DNA from: Schmidtea nova
Lineage: Eukaryota
Assembly: GCA_044892505.1 (NCBI GenBank)
Contig: CM097883.1
Span: 259,222,001 to 259,286,000, forward strand
Reading direction: 5' to 3'
DNA length: 64,000 nucleotides
The notes under the pieces were generated by a model. That model did not search any database, was not told where the DNA came from, and worked only from the letters and a program-made list of their open reading frames with translations. The position numbers were made by a program, and so were the translations under genes. The number at the start of each line of letters is the position of its first letter. Within the stretch, counting starts at the first letter, position 1. This document shows positions 1 to 14,142 of the stretch, one piece after another.

Positions 1-715
1 AATTATTTTTTATTCGTGGATTTTTGAATGGTTTTTTAATATCAAATATAAATTGACAAAGGGGAATAGAAATTTAAAATGGCACAACTTTTTACATAAA
101 CTTTTATTTTTGTATTTGATTTCTTTTTTTCTATTTCAAAAATTTCCATTTACTTTTTATGTAAAGACTATGAATCAAATATTTTATACATCAAGTGGTA
201 CACACATTTTTAAATAAAAACTATTTTTGATCTATAGTCTATTTGTAAAAAGCAGAATTTGTGACATTGTTTCAATGAGCTTAAATTAAATTTCAAAATC
301 TCAATTTATTGATACAAAACAAATTTGTTTGAGTCAATAGAGTTTTGAACATTAACATATCTTATTTTCATCTTGGTTCGATTCTTCTCTTTTCTATACT
401 CACTTGAACAAAAGCTTGAAAATTGCACTTGAAAATCTGAAAAAATTCTTGAAATAGTATTTTACTCAAGTCAGATATATTCCAAGATGTAAAATCTTGC
501 GGACCGCGAGATTCGATAAGATATCACAAAATGTCTTGTTCATTATTTCTATTTTAGTGTAATATATTCTAACAAAAATAACATTAAGGCCTCTGTATTG
601 TGATATTTTTATGATACTATGAGGGTGCTATCGTTTTTATACATAGATGTACTTAAATATTTAATTTTTACCCATGCTGGAATTTGTTTATATGACTTTC
701 GATCTAAACTAAAAC

Positions 716-1095
716 GAGTGCTTAATATAAATTTGAATAAACCATTAGTCTTAGATTTATGACATTAATTTTTATAACATTAACTAATTCATTGGCATTC
801 ATATAATTTTATTTTACTAGTCTAGATTTGTGTATCGAATTTTTATTTCTATCAAGTGAATGCGTCAGACATTTATGTTAAATAAAGCGAACCTAAACAA
901 CTTTACTTGCTAAATTTTTCTTATCAGTAATATATTATTTATTATATAATTATGTATTAGAATAATTACCCATTACAGTTCTTATAACTGAAAAATAAAA
1001 CTTGTTGTTATATTTAAATAGACTCAAAGCTATACTACTTCATCCTTTATATAATTTTATCCTACTACCATTTTGTCCGTACTATTTTGTCCTAG
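716..1095. mobile_element. Partial copy of the MITE at 40008-40711, in inverted orientation
   Basis: Reverse complement of about 40012-40447 with a short internal deletion; ends in ACCATTTTGTCC-type terminal motifs. Boundaries approximate. Confidence 0.75.
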
Positions 1096-2831
1096 AAATT
1101 GAATAATATATTGATGGATGAAAGATATTAATTAATTCTCATTTTTAAGACAATAAATCACAATTTTCGGTTTCCATTAAACAGAAATTTTTTGTCTCAT
1201 AATAATTAAAATTTTCATATTGTTTAAAAACATGAAAAATAAAGGACATCGTAAAAATGTCAAAAATTTCTGAAATAGAAATGAAAAGATCAAGAGTGAG
1301 ATTAAGGGTAATAAAAAGAGAAGTATTATAAATAATATTTTGAAAGTAAAATTAAAGAAATGAATTTAAATAAACAATAAATTGAAATGAAAATCCAGTC
1401 AATCAAATGATAATTAATTCTGTTGTTTTTATGTTGCTGATATTGATAATGGATTGGACAAATAACGCATATATATATATATATATATATCCATCTAGAC
1501 TATGCGGTTTAGATTTTTTTTATCAATTTATAATATTTCTAATTACTGTCGGCATTCTATTTATTTAACGGCTATTAAAGTCAGTTCAAAAATTTTTTTT
1601 TTCAATTAAGCTTTTTATTATTGTTGAAATTGTATTCGATGATCTTTTAAAGGAATATCAAATATCAATGTCGTTGTTTTAATCAAACCTAATGAAAAAT
1701 TTGGGATAGGCATAAAGCAAAATATTGATCGATAGTCTAAATTTTAATCAATTAATGGAAAACGATGGTTCACACTTTCATGAACGGAATAATTTTTACA
1801 TTACAGATAAAAATGTGAAAAAAATTTCAAATTATATTGAAAATTTAAATAAAAAAATTGATACAATATTCCATGAAATAACTTAATATGATAAAGATTT
1901 CGAAATATTTTCATCATCATTTACTGTTGTTGTCACGCATGCTCCAGTTAAAACTTCAAATGAAAATTAATGATTTCCAATGCCATCGTGATCTCAAAAG
2001 TATATTTTCAGAATATGAAAATGAAATTGATTTTTTTAAAAATTATGTATCTGAAGCAAAATGACCAAATTTCAAAAAACACATGCATTTAGAAATATAA
2101 GGGCTTTTGGTAGTTTCTATTTTTGCGAATCTTTTTTTTCTAAGACGAAACCTTGCAAAAATAAAACTAGAACTAAAATACTGGACATTATTATGGAAAA
2201 TAAGCTGCGTAGAGCTACAACCAAAATTAATATAGACTTTTTATCAAAACAATAAAAATAAAATTCCCATTAAAAATGNNNNNNNNNNNNNNNNNNNNNN
2301 NNNNNNNNNNNNNNNNNNNNNNNNNNNNNNNNNNNNNNNNNNNNNNNNNNNNNNNNNNNNNNNNNNNNNNNNNNNNNNNNNNNNNNNNNNNNNNNNNNNN
2401 NNNNNNNNNNNNNNNNNNNNNNNNNNNNNNNNNNNNNNNNNNNNNNNNNNNNCTTTTTTTTATTAATATTAAGTTTTCTTCCATCAATAAATGTCATTTT
2501 TATTAAGTGTTTGGTTTAATAATAAAGGAACACTATGAAAAATGGTTGTGATTCTTTTGTTAAAAAATATTTGTAATGTGCTTCCCAAATTCATTTCGGT
2601 TAGGTATGCCCGATCTAAAATGTAAATGAAATTGAAAAAGGTTAAAAAAATTGTGATAATAAATAAAATCAATATTTTATTTAATAATATTTACTCATCA
2701 AAAGAAAGTTAGAAAATGTCAAAAGAGAATTGGGAATGATGTAAATTAAAATGCTGAAATATGTTGATAGGTTAAAAAATTTTTAAAAATTATTCTATGA
2801 ATGATAAAGTTAATTTTCAAATTTATTTTAG

Positions 2832-3101
2832 GATCGCGAGGTAAATCCAGTTCTGTGTTTGTGGCTTCAAAAATAAGCAATTTGCTCATTTGCCTCTTTG
2901 TCATAATAACTTTCATTGGAGTGATGTGCATCATCAGTATTTGCATTTTAATGTTTCGCCGTCAAAGAAAACGCCGAATTAAAGGAAAGCCTTTACATCC
3001 AATGAGATATGGAAACATGCCAATTAATAATGTTATTCCAATTCCAGTTGTTTCTTCTAGTAATGGTGGCATGTACAAGCCAATACCCAATGGAGTTTAC
3101 G
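2832..3101 (+). CDS. DDR-like receptor kinase, transmembrane exon
   Basis: ttttag acceptor and gtaagc donor; hydrophobic LLICLFVIITFIGVMCIISICILMF followed by RRQRKRR; the phase-1 end matches the next exon. Confidence 0.8.
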
Positions 3102-6100
3102 GTAAGCTGGATTTTTAAAAATATTAATTAATTTCAGATTTATTTGAGTAAAATTAATTTTAATATTGAGCATGAAATATTTGATTTCGTTTGTTTTTAT
3201 TGTTTTCAGATTGTAGGATCAAAATATTTTCAATTTAAAACAAATTTTCGGTAAAGATTTTTAGTGTATTTGAATCAAAAGGAAAAAGGCAGTGCGAAAA
3301 ACATTTTATTAAATTGAAATAATTTTGATCTCTAGTCGGAAATGAATGAAAATAGAAAAAATATCAACACTGAATATAATAAAATATATTAGTAATGTAA
3401 AATTTTTCAATTTTTTACTAACCACATTATTTTTCCTACTTTATAATTAGAGCACATAAAAAAACAAAGATAAATTTTTAAAATTGCATTTAAATATCTC
3501 TGTGTAACTAAAAAAGGAAGAAAGAACATATTTGAATGCCTTTTTAATTTCAAAATTCATATGCTATTTTATATTTTTTATTCATTGTCTATTATATATT
3601 GACTTTCAATTTCATAAAGTAATAGATGTTTGTTTTATTCATTTTACCCTTAAATACCATCACGGGAAGCAAAACAGGAACAAAAAATAAAAAAGAAGTA
3701 GTTTGGATATCTATGTGGAGGAATCTTCTTACCTAAGAACAGTAAATGAATCAACTGAGTGCATCGCGTGTAATATACTTATAAAAACTAATAAATATAT
3801 GTTACAGAGGTTTTGTTAATTTGGTTCTCTATTTATAATATCCTAATAAATAGTGATCGTCAGTCAGATGGAATACTAGACAATAACTATTCAACTCTAC
3901 TGTTAATCAGTAATATCGAGTTACATTTATCATATTCTTTACGATAAACCCTATTTTATATGAACCTGTTAAATTTGTATAATCTGTCAATTATATTTGC
4001 TTATGCACATTTTCGTCACAGCATTTTTCAAGTGTTATTTGACCAATTTAAATTTTGCTTGTATCAACAATAATATATTATTTTATATTTTTTTTCGTCC
4101 GTATATGGGGCCACCTTATGTACTTTTAAAATATGTTAATGATAACTGCTGGGTTTTGTTTGTTTTTATATTTTGTTTTAAGTCAATTACGGAAGATTAT
4201 TAGAGTTTCATCTATTTAAGTGGCGCTAAACACATCAAATAAACTTATAAATAAATCTATTATAATGTATAGATANNNNNNNNNNNNNNNNNNNNNNNNN
4301 NNNNNNNNNNNNNNNNNNNNNNNNNNNNNNNNNNNNNNNNNNNNNNNNNNNNNNNNNNNNNNNNNNNNNNNNNNNNNNNNNNNNNNNNNNNNNNNNNNNN
4401 NNNNNNNNNNNNNNNNNNNTTTCTTACTTTTCCTTTTACACCAATTTTATTTAATTAATATGCAATACAATATTTAAATAAATATATTATTTCATTCTCC
4501 ATTCACCAATTTTAGTTATTCCTAATAAAAAACAGCAATTTTTCTTAACTTCTTTATTTTTAAGAAGAGTAATTCAAAAGTTTTAACTTTTTTTATAAAC
4601 AATTTAATTATTTTTGATGTTGCTTAAATATAAAATATTAGTAGTAATAGCAAAACATGAGGTCATATGCAATAAAAAATCTGTTATAATTTGGTGTATT
4701 ATAGTGTAGGATTTTCACATTGCAGTTCTTTAAATATATTTTCTCTGATTAAATTCTCGTATCTTTCACCGTGTTTTAATATCATTAAATCAGTCATTTT
4801 TTTACAAATATTAATTGAATTTCTGAAAAAACTTTGAATTTCCAACTGATTTCAAAAACTCAGTGTCAACAGTAAAATTAAATTTCTCACATGTGTTGCT
4901 ATAAAAACTGCTGATTCAGCTAAAACAAACAAACAAACGCGCGTACACAGTCATCACATTTTCAAACAGTTTAACTTTTGAATAATAATTATATTTATTA
5001 ACCTAAAAAAATAGACTGCCACGAAAAAAAACGAAATTAACTAACGACAATTTTTTTTTTCCATTTCAAACATTTTTTGGGGGAATAAATTTTCAGCAGA
5101 TTATTTATTACAATTTGGTCTGAAATTATTTTCCTACCGATTTTGATTTATAGTTAAATTAGGCAGAACAAATAATTTGAAGCTTTCCGATTTGTTTTTT
5201 ATGTGTCGTTTGGATATATCATTCGATGAACTCAATAAAAATGCAATTCAAAATCGAAATTTATTTCTTTCAAGAAAAGGATAATACACGTTATCCTCTA
5301 GTTTAGATTCTAAATCAGACGGAATTTTATTAGTCTCTACTAGAAATCTTTTTTGCGACTTTATTCAGTAGTAGAATGTGAATTATTATTTTCTGTCAAT
5401 TAGTTTCCATTGTCCATCACCGATGTTTATAATCTCAGCACCGTAAATTTGAATTTGAATTATGCTTCTTTGTACTTTTAATTTATTTTTAAATTAAAAT
5501 TTAATTAATTTTTTTTTACAAAAATCAAACTTATTTTTAATTTGTGCCCAATATCATTAGATATCATAGATTTTACATTTAGTATTTATATATAAAAAAT
5601 AATAAATGAAGATTTCTGAAGAGAAAAAAATATATCAAAGGTGAACAAAATATTATTAATCAATATCACATTTTATTTATTGTTTTTTGATGACCTTTTA
5701 AATTCATATTTTATATTGATTTTTTAGTATTTTTTTAGCCGAAACTCCCATCCAAATTTACATATATGTTTATTTATCATAGCATATATTTATTTGTTAA
5801 ATTTAAATAAACATTTATTGGTTGCATATCCTTGTTGATTTAATCGAAATCATGGTGCTGAGGTATTTACTTAACAGAATAGTTATTCACTAATTAAAGT
5901 ACACTGATAGGGTAAGAATTCGTTATCCGTATTTATTGCTATCAGTCAAAAGTCACTTACAAATCAAAAACTACATTAATATTTGATATCGTTAAGTAAG
6001 TTTGGAATTAGTAAGATTAAATAAGGAGTAGATTCAGAGAATATAAGTTTATCAACAAGAACAAAAAATAAGAGGTTAATCTAAGATCAAATCTGTTGTT

Positions 6101-6523
6101 AATAAATTGAAAAAACCATTGATGTGTTTTAAAATACAATTTTAGTCTATGCATTTTGTGAAAAAGAGAAAATAACATTTTTTTTATTCTAATAGCTAAT
6201 AAATGACGATTTATGGGAATAGAAATTCTAACAATTATTGTTCTAGAATATTTGATAATGATATTCTTCAGAAAATATTGTTTTATTAATATTTAAAAAT
6301 GACAGTTATTACTGATATTAATTGTGATCTTATGTGGTAAAACAAAACCCACATTAAATATTCTACCTGTTTTATAGGTTGGGAAGTATTATTTTAAAAT
6401 AAAAATTATATTATTATTATTATTATTATCATAATTATCTTTTTTCACCTTTGATCTTTTTTTATTGTTATTATCAATAATTCTCATAATGACTATAGAT
6501 CAAATTTTTTTTTATAAACAATA

Positions 6524-6556
6524 ACACAATATTTCGGCACAGCCTTTATCAAGTGT
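6524..6556 (-). ncRNA. Minimal type-I hammerhead ribozyme motif (U3-A8 variant), Penelope 3' tail
   Basis: Minus strand ACAC-UUGAUAA-A-GGC-UGU-GCC-GAA-AUAU-U-GUGU: stem I ACAC/GUGU, stem II GGC/GCC, palindromic AUAU stem III. Confidence 0.65.
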
Positions 6557-6650
6557 GTATTTCTATCGTTATATTTAATTAATCCTAAATAGTAGCCTAA
6601 ATTATTTTTTTAATATTTTATAATGATTTTATTGGATGAAAAAATTTATT

Positions 6651-8268
6651 TTAATTTTTTTGTGCGAATTGAATGTTGATGGACGGTTTGTATTTTTTTA
6701 TGAAAAAAGTCTCGGAAGCTAATCTTTGTAATGAATTTTTGAATCCCTCTTGTAGGATCTGGCATTTTGTTTCTTCTATAGATGGAGTTGTTTTATGTAC
6801 TTTTTCCCAGTGTTCGTAATAATTACTGGTTTTGATTTTAGTATGTTCATTAAGTCGGGTGCGAAAAGTTCTATGTGTTTCTCCTATGTAAGTAGCGTCA
6901 CATTTTTGACAAGAAAGTTTATATACTATATTTTTGGAAAAGCAAAAGCATCGGGTTGTGGAACGGCAAAGACATTTATGTTTGGAGATGTTGGAAATTG
7001 GTGGCTTTCGGAGTTGTGATTTTAACGGTGCGGAGGTTATGAACGTTGGACGGATGTGGATAGGCAAATCTGTTTGATTAAAAATGTTGGTGATTTTGTT
7101 GGCTGTAGTGTCATTTAGGAAAGGTAATCTTAGATATGTTGTGTGTTTGTTATTGTTATTGTGTTTCTAGCGTTTCCTATTGTTGCGTTTATTGTGGCAT
7201 GGTTCGTTAAGGAAGTGTTTCTTTACAAAGTCTTCAGGGTATCCATTTTGGAGGAATCGTATTTTGAAGTTTTCTAATGTTTCTTGTATTTTGTTTGAGT
7301 CTGAACAGTTTCTTATGGCTCTTTTTCTTTCTCCTATTAGTAATGCGATTTTGCGTTGAAGTGGAACGTAGCTTTTCCATGGGAGGATATGACCACTATG
7401 TAAACTTTTAGAATATAGCTCGGTGTTTGCATTTAGTGTATCTTGGCTTTTTGTGAAACTTACCATGGTATCTAAAAACGGTATTTTACCTTCTGTGTTC
7501 GGTGTTTCAAAAGTGAATTGTATGTTGGTGTTAGTAGAATTTGCGTGTGATAGGATTTGATTGAGAGGGATTGTGGAGACTATGAAGATGTCGTCGATGT
7601 ATCGTTTCCAGAAAAGTATTTTGTCCCCAAAAAAAGATATGATCTTAGATTCTATAAAGTTCATGTAGAAGATGGCTAAGATGGGAGAAAGGTTATTACC
7701 CATGGCTAATCCATGAATTTGTTTGAATGGCTTTTCTTTAATTATGACAGTATCTGAATTTATTGCTAATTTTAGAAGTTCTATAAAGTCTTGTTTAGTT
7801 AAGTCTGCGAGGTCAGTATTGGCTTTATGAGTTTCAAAGAAAGAAGCTGCGATATCGAAAATGTTATTCTCTCCGTGAAGAGGAATAGATCCGTAAAGAT
7901 TGGAAACGTCAAGAGATCCCCAGAAGTACTGTTGTCCTGCGTTTAACGGAAGAGACGTATTTGTAATTTCGGAGACGAATTCAGTTGTGTTTTTAAGATG
8001 AGAAGGAACCAAAGGCAAAAGTGTTTTTAGGATTTCTGAAAGAACTTTAGAAAGTGTTGTGGAAGGAGTGTCAACTGCGGATACAAGAGGTCTGCCTTTT
8101 AAAGGACTTTTGTGGTCTTTAGGTAACATAGTCATATTACTAGGTAAGGGCTCACTACAGTTGCATTTTAAAAGTAAATCTTTGATTTGAAGGTTGATTT
8201 GTTTATTTGCAAGTGTTGACAGTTTCTTATTGTATAAAATCTGAGTCGATGCAGGTAAGATTATTTTG
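6651..8268 (-). pseudogene. Penelope RT-endonuclease ORF interrupted by one in-frame TAG (7169-7167)
   Basis: The ORF ending at 7167 and the ORF starting at 7067 share a frame (99 nt between them, no other stop). Confidence 0.85.
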
Positions 8269-11200
8269 TTTGATCTATAGTCATTATGAGAATTATTGAT
8301 AATAATAATTATTATTATTATTTTTTTTTTTATTATTATAATCATCATAATCATCATAAAATAATAAAAAAACATAGCAAGGATTAAATAACAGATAAAC
8401 ACCAACTAATTATATTGTACATAAATGCGATTAATTTCGATCGAATAACATTCATCTTCAGGTCAGCAACCAGGATAATCAATAATAAATAGAAAATAAT
8501 CAATATTAAAAATAATCAATAATAATCACTCCCAAATTGTACCAAAATTCAATTTTGAAAATAAAAGTTTACACATAAAAATTTTTAATTAAAAAAAACA
8601 CAAGTTTAAATTTCTTTTATCAAAATTGAATGAAAAAACGTTTTTTATAAACACAATTTAAAAAATAAAAAATATTTTCAAACTCAAACATAATTATACC
8701 AAAAAAACGCAATTCACTACATTCAACATCCAGTTACTTAAACACATTCAAAATATCCGTGGAACGTGTAACTTGAGCAATAATCTTTGGATTTAAATAT
8801 CTAATCAACAATGCCTCACAAGTTACTTGTTCCCAATAATTACTCAAACTTTTTGTAATTATTTTAAAATCAGAGATACCTATGTTTTACTGACACATTT
8901 CCTAAAATGATCACTAATATTAGTCAGGTCGAAATTAATCGCATTTATGTAGAATATAATTAGTTGGCGTTTATCTATAATCTATTATTATTTAATATTA
9001 TTATTATTATTATTAATTTTATTATTATTTTTATAAGTTCTTAGTAGCAGCATTAATTAAATATTTAATAATTAATAAATAACGAGATAAGTCTTTACTA
9101 GAAAGTATGTGAAAATGTTCGATTATAAAATAATCCATATTAATCTTATAATAATAGAACACTTAAACCGCCGGCATTGCATTTTTGCAATCTGTAATAC
9201 GATATACATGCTGATTCAAAGCTATAAATGAATTTGAATTTTTCCGTTTTCTCGAGAACAAATACAACCGTAATGACAACATAACTTACCCAATTCGCTG
9301 AAACAGTCCTGAGTCACTCCGTTTTAAAAATCCGGTGGTTTACGTGTTAGTAATTTTTTTATAGCAATATTAACAAATGTCATTGTTTATATTTTCATTT
9401 CATTGAAAATTTAGAAAATCCATCTTTATAAATTTATATTGAAAAATTTTTCAAATGAAATTCAACATTCTTTGAGACATGCCGATTTTTAATTCCTATC
9501 TCTTTACAATAATATTTTTGAAGGTAAACTAATTTTCTTTTTAATGCAAAAATATCAATATGGAAAAATACTCTCAATTCAAATGATTGTGGAATTAAAA
9601 AATAATTAAATTCGACAATATTATAGGCAAATTTTAGAAGTGTAATTACGGGTAAATGATTGGTTAGACTGGCAATATTATTGACTGGAACAATAATTGC
9701 TCATAATTGCAATTCGACGTGATTTATTTAATAAAAATTAGAAATTGGCATTAAGTAATTACCAAATTAATAAAGCGCTTTCATTAATATCTTTGTAAAA
9801 TCTGATTTTTCCTTTTAATGAGACTGGTTAAATTTTATAAAATAATTCTTTATATCTCTTTAAATACTTTTTGCGGGTAATGTAAAAGATATTAAAAATA
9901 TGGCATTTTGAAAATTAAATTAATTTGGAAAATGAATTTAAGATAAAAAATTGTTTATTAGCGTCAATTTTATTTTAAAATAAAATTTAAAAAAATGTGC
10001 TATCAGATTCGTTTATCTCTTGAGAACACTGAATAGTTTTTTTCATCATTTCTATTGCTATAGAAACCATTCATCGATTAATTTTTCCATTTGTATTTTT
10101 TAACATTTCTAAATAAAAAATTTGAAAAACTTTAAAATTGTTCTTGTACTATCCACAACATAATTAGTTGTAATTTTTTGTGGTAAAATGATTTTTTTTC
10201 GTTAGTCTCTCTTAAAAATATCAGATAATTATAATTAATCATGGTTAAATAATTCTCAATCGTTATTTATTGCTGAGTGAAATTTATACTTTTACAGCGA
10301 AACCAATCTAAACAACAACCTTTGAAAATAAAATGAATCTTGCAATTTTAACTTAAGTTATATAATTTAGTTAAATGTCCTCAAAAAGAGAGGAAACATG
10401 GTGACCAATTTGACACATGGTTCAATCTGTCAATAAAATTTTATCAAACTAGTCACTATTAGCAAATGCAATGGTTTTCTTATCAAATGGTCATTTTTTA
10501 ATTAACATTTTTATAAATTTTATATAACTTTAAATCTTAACACTTAACAGTTTTTGATAGACAATTGGGTTATGTTTCACTGGATGGTTCTGAAAAAAAT
10601 ATTCCAATATATTTCAAATAACATTTTTACAATTTTATGCAGCAGGCTACACTGCTACTTCCTGTAATTCCTGATCAGTTTCTTTATATTTCACTATATT
10701 TCACATTGAGAAGTGGTTTTCTTTTAAAAATTTCTCCTTTTTTCAATTCAAAAAATATAGGTTAATAATAGTTAAACTTTTTCATTTATGAAATCCGATC
10801 AAAATATATCAGAAGAAATAACGGTATTCGATGTAACTGAAGTAAACTAAGCATCGGAACTATTCACTAAGACTTATTTCAAAAATTTTATTTAAAGAGA
10901 CTTGATGCCAAACACAAGCAAAAATAAACATATTACAATATAAGATTGTTGGCGATTCTTTTATTTTTCTTTTGATCTATATTTTATACTCGTTTAATTT
11001 TTCAAATGTCATTGGCGAAATGCCACACACTTTGGAGAAGACTGACTGTCTTTTCTGTATTCGAGTTTTAGACTATTGTCAATTGTTAATAATAGGTTTG
11101 GTCTTCAATCATACTGTTGTTTATAAATATGGAGATACTTATAAAATAATTTTAATTTTTTAAAAATTAATTTATTTTTATCCTAAAGTAATTTTAACTT

Positions 11201-13122
11201 TTTAAAAGTTTTGATTATTTAATAAAATTTTATAATACATTTAAAAAAATTTTATGATATTTGTTTAAAATCGCTTTATTTGATTCATATTGGAATCTTT
11301 TACTGAAAAGAACTCGATAACGAGGAGTTTCTCGAAATATATTGTATGAAATAAAATTTTGTATTGGCGTTTGTTTTTAGTTCAATCTTTGTTGTGTTAT
11401 GTATTGAAGAAAAATACTACAATATATTTGTTAATTTGTAAATAGTCAAAGCATTCTCTATTTATAACAAATAAGTATTTTTATTCTACTTGTTTTTTAA
11501 ACCTGTACACTTGAAAATTGTAATTTAAATGAGCCTGATAGTTTTGTAAAATTTTATTGGATATTTCAGAAATTTTAATTTTTTTTTAAAACTATATATA
11601 AAATTGGTTTTAAGAAAGTATATGATTTTTTTGAATAAAGATGTGTCAAAAATATGTGTACTTAAAAAAAATTTGAAAATTCCTGAAATAGAAACGAAAA
11701 GACCAAAGAGATGTTAATAATAAATTCGATATGTTTGAAATATTCGAATTCTTCATTATTATATTTAAAATAAATAAAAAATAATTAAAACTGGTTTAAT
11801 TATTATAATAATAACGTTCATAGTAGTATAGAAATCACAATAAAAACTTTTTGAAAGTGTTTCATCAAGGGTACTTAAATAAGTGATATTAAGGTGAAGG
11901 TGCTCTTAGTAATTGAGGGGTATATGTACTTCTTTATAACAAATCACTAATCAACACGCTTCTTTCATTATTCTATGTATAATACAACAATATATTTATA
12001 ATTCTTTTCGACCTCAAAGCTATTGTTTTCTTATGATTTTTATCTCAACTTTTTATAAAAATAAGGACAATCAAATATTTAGTTATCTTTACTAAAGTTT
12101 TGTGTTGTTAGGATTAGTTTCATTCTGTTTTCCTATTTGATTTTCTAATATAAATTAAACAATTTATCTTAATTTCATCTTTCATTAAAGTCGTTACACA
12201 TAAAAAATTTTATTTTATAAAATAATGGTTTTCATTTAAATTTTATCATAATTTCAATATACATTATCTATCCATTTATCAGCTTTTTATTTCGTAAAAT
12301 TAATTTTATTGAAATTATTGTTTCCACTTAATTTTCTTAAATTTATAATTATTATCATTTTTAAAATTTTAAATACTATGCTTATTTGTAATAATGGAAG
12401 CATAAATTCAGTTAATATTTATCACTTAATGCTTTATTGCCTGGAAACGAAATTTCATCTCCTAAGCACTTATCGTGTCAAATTTATGGATAAATTAGGA
12501 TTGTCTTGTGGTTAATATTTTATCAATTATTTCGTACTTAAGGAATGCTCTAGGTAAATTTCCCTATATTAGATTCATGTAATTTAAGTATTCCACTAAT
12601 GTATGGTTTTAGGCATTTGTACATNNNNNNNNNNNNNNNNNNNNNNNNNNNNNNNNNNNNNNNNNNNNNNNNNNNNNNNNNNNNNNNNNNNNNNNNNNNN
12701 NNNNNNNNNNNNNNNNNNNNNNNNNNNNNNNNNNNNNNNNNNNNNNNNNNNNNNNNNNNNNNNNNNNNNNNNNNNNNNNNNNNNNNNNNNNNNNNNNNNN
12801 NNNNNNNNNNTTATTTCATCAAGAAATTAATTTTCTGTTTTCTTTCAAATTATTCTGATATTTGAACCTTAGCCATTTTGCAATATATCACATTCCTATG
12901 GGAATTCCTTTTATAATGTGTTATGATATTTNNNNNNNNNNNNNNNNNNNNNNNNNNNNNNNNNNNNNNNNNNNNNNNNNNNNNNNNNNNNNNNNNNNNN
13001 NNNNNNNNNNNNNNNNNNNNNNNNNNNNNNNNNNNNNNNNNNNNNNNNNNNNNNNNNNNNNNNNNNNNNNNNNNNNNNNNNNNNNNNNNNNNNNNNNNNN
13101 NTTTGTACTGAAGTTTTAATTA

Positions 13123-13142
13123 TAATAATAATAATAATAATA

Positions 13143-13182
<40 letters not shown>
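13123..13182. repeat. (TAA)n switching to (TTA)n microsatellite (inverted arrangement)
   Basis: Read directly from the sequence. Confidence 0.85.
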
Positions 13183-13183
<1 letters not shown>

Positions 13184-14098
13184 ATAATAATTTTAGGAAA
13201 ATAAATTTAAGAAAATAAGTGGTTGTTTTTCCACTTTTCTTGCTGTCATTTATTTTATTTTATCAAATGTCACGACAATGTAAAATGTAGCTGATGCAAA
13301 TGTTGAAAAGAATCAAATAAATTGCTTGTAATACTATCAGATCATAAGTTCATGCTGATAGCGATACTGATGACATAATATTCCTTGACACGATCATTGA
13401 ATTAGGTTAAACTATTTATGTTGTAATTAAGTTCACTTTCTAGTCATCATAAAATTTTTCTTTTCGTTATAAACTTTTGAATATTGAAATTATCCATATT
13501 TATTAATAATATTTTGGATTTTGAAATAAAAATTTTATTTGATAAAAATTTTCAAAAGGTTAATGCATATCATAATTTAAATAATTTAAAAAAAATTTAA
13601 TTAACAGAACATTTTTTTAATTTATTATGTTTGTAAATTTGCTATAAATTCAGTTAATTTAAAAGAGTTGATATATAGAGGATATTTTACAGAGATTATC
13701 TTTAATAAACATATACAATTAACCAATAAAATTATTCGAAAGAAGCTTGTTATACAAATTTATCATACAAAAACATTAGTTAATAAAACAATTGATAAAA
13801 GATGGGACGAAATTTTGTAGTTGTTTCAAAGAAATAGATTTATGGTTTTCCAATACAAAAGAAATTGAGGAAACCAATGAAATTAAAGTTGAATGAATAA
13901 AAATAGAATATTTTTGAATTGAAATTGTGATATATCGAAAATTTGAATTCTATGAAATCTTGACTATCTGTTATCAGTGAGGAGAGTACATTCAAATCGA
14001 TCAAATCTACTTGAGTATGAGTTCTGTGATTTTATATTGAAAATAATAGATATCACTTTTTAAGGACAGAAATTGATAAACAGATAAACTAAAAGAAT

Positions 14099-14101
<3 letters not shown>

Positions 14102-14139
<38 letters not shown>
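14102..14139. repeat. (AT)n microsatellite; further tracts near 1468-1490, 17158-17200 and 36831-36870
   Basis: Read directly from the sequence. Confidence 0.9.

Positions 14140-14142
<3 letters not shown>

Larger units (their letters stand above)
6468..8305 (-). mobile_element. 5'-truncated Penelope-like retroelement (RT + GIY-YIG endonuclease)
   Basis: RT motifs LPKDHK..RP, SLDVSNLY, GLAMGNNLSP, RYIDD, IPFLD, then GIY-YIG NIVYKLSC..CDATYIGETHR..R..EH; 3' tail carries a hammerhead motif; 37-bp inverted repeat at the ends. Confidence 0.92.

Noticed and set aside
8269-8405. N-terminal extension of the Penelope RT ORF
   Set aside because: It is the inverted 3' tip plus microsatellite read in frame, not RT sequence.
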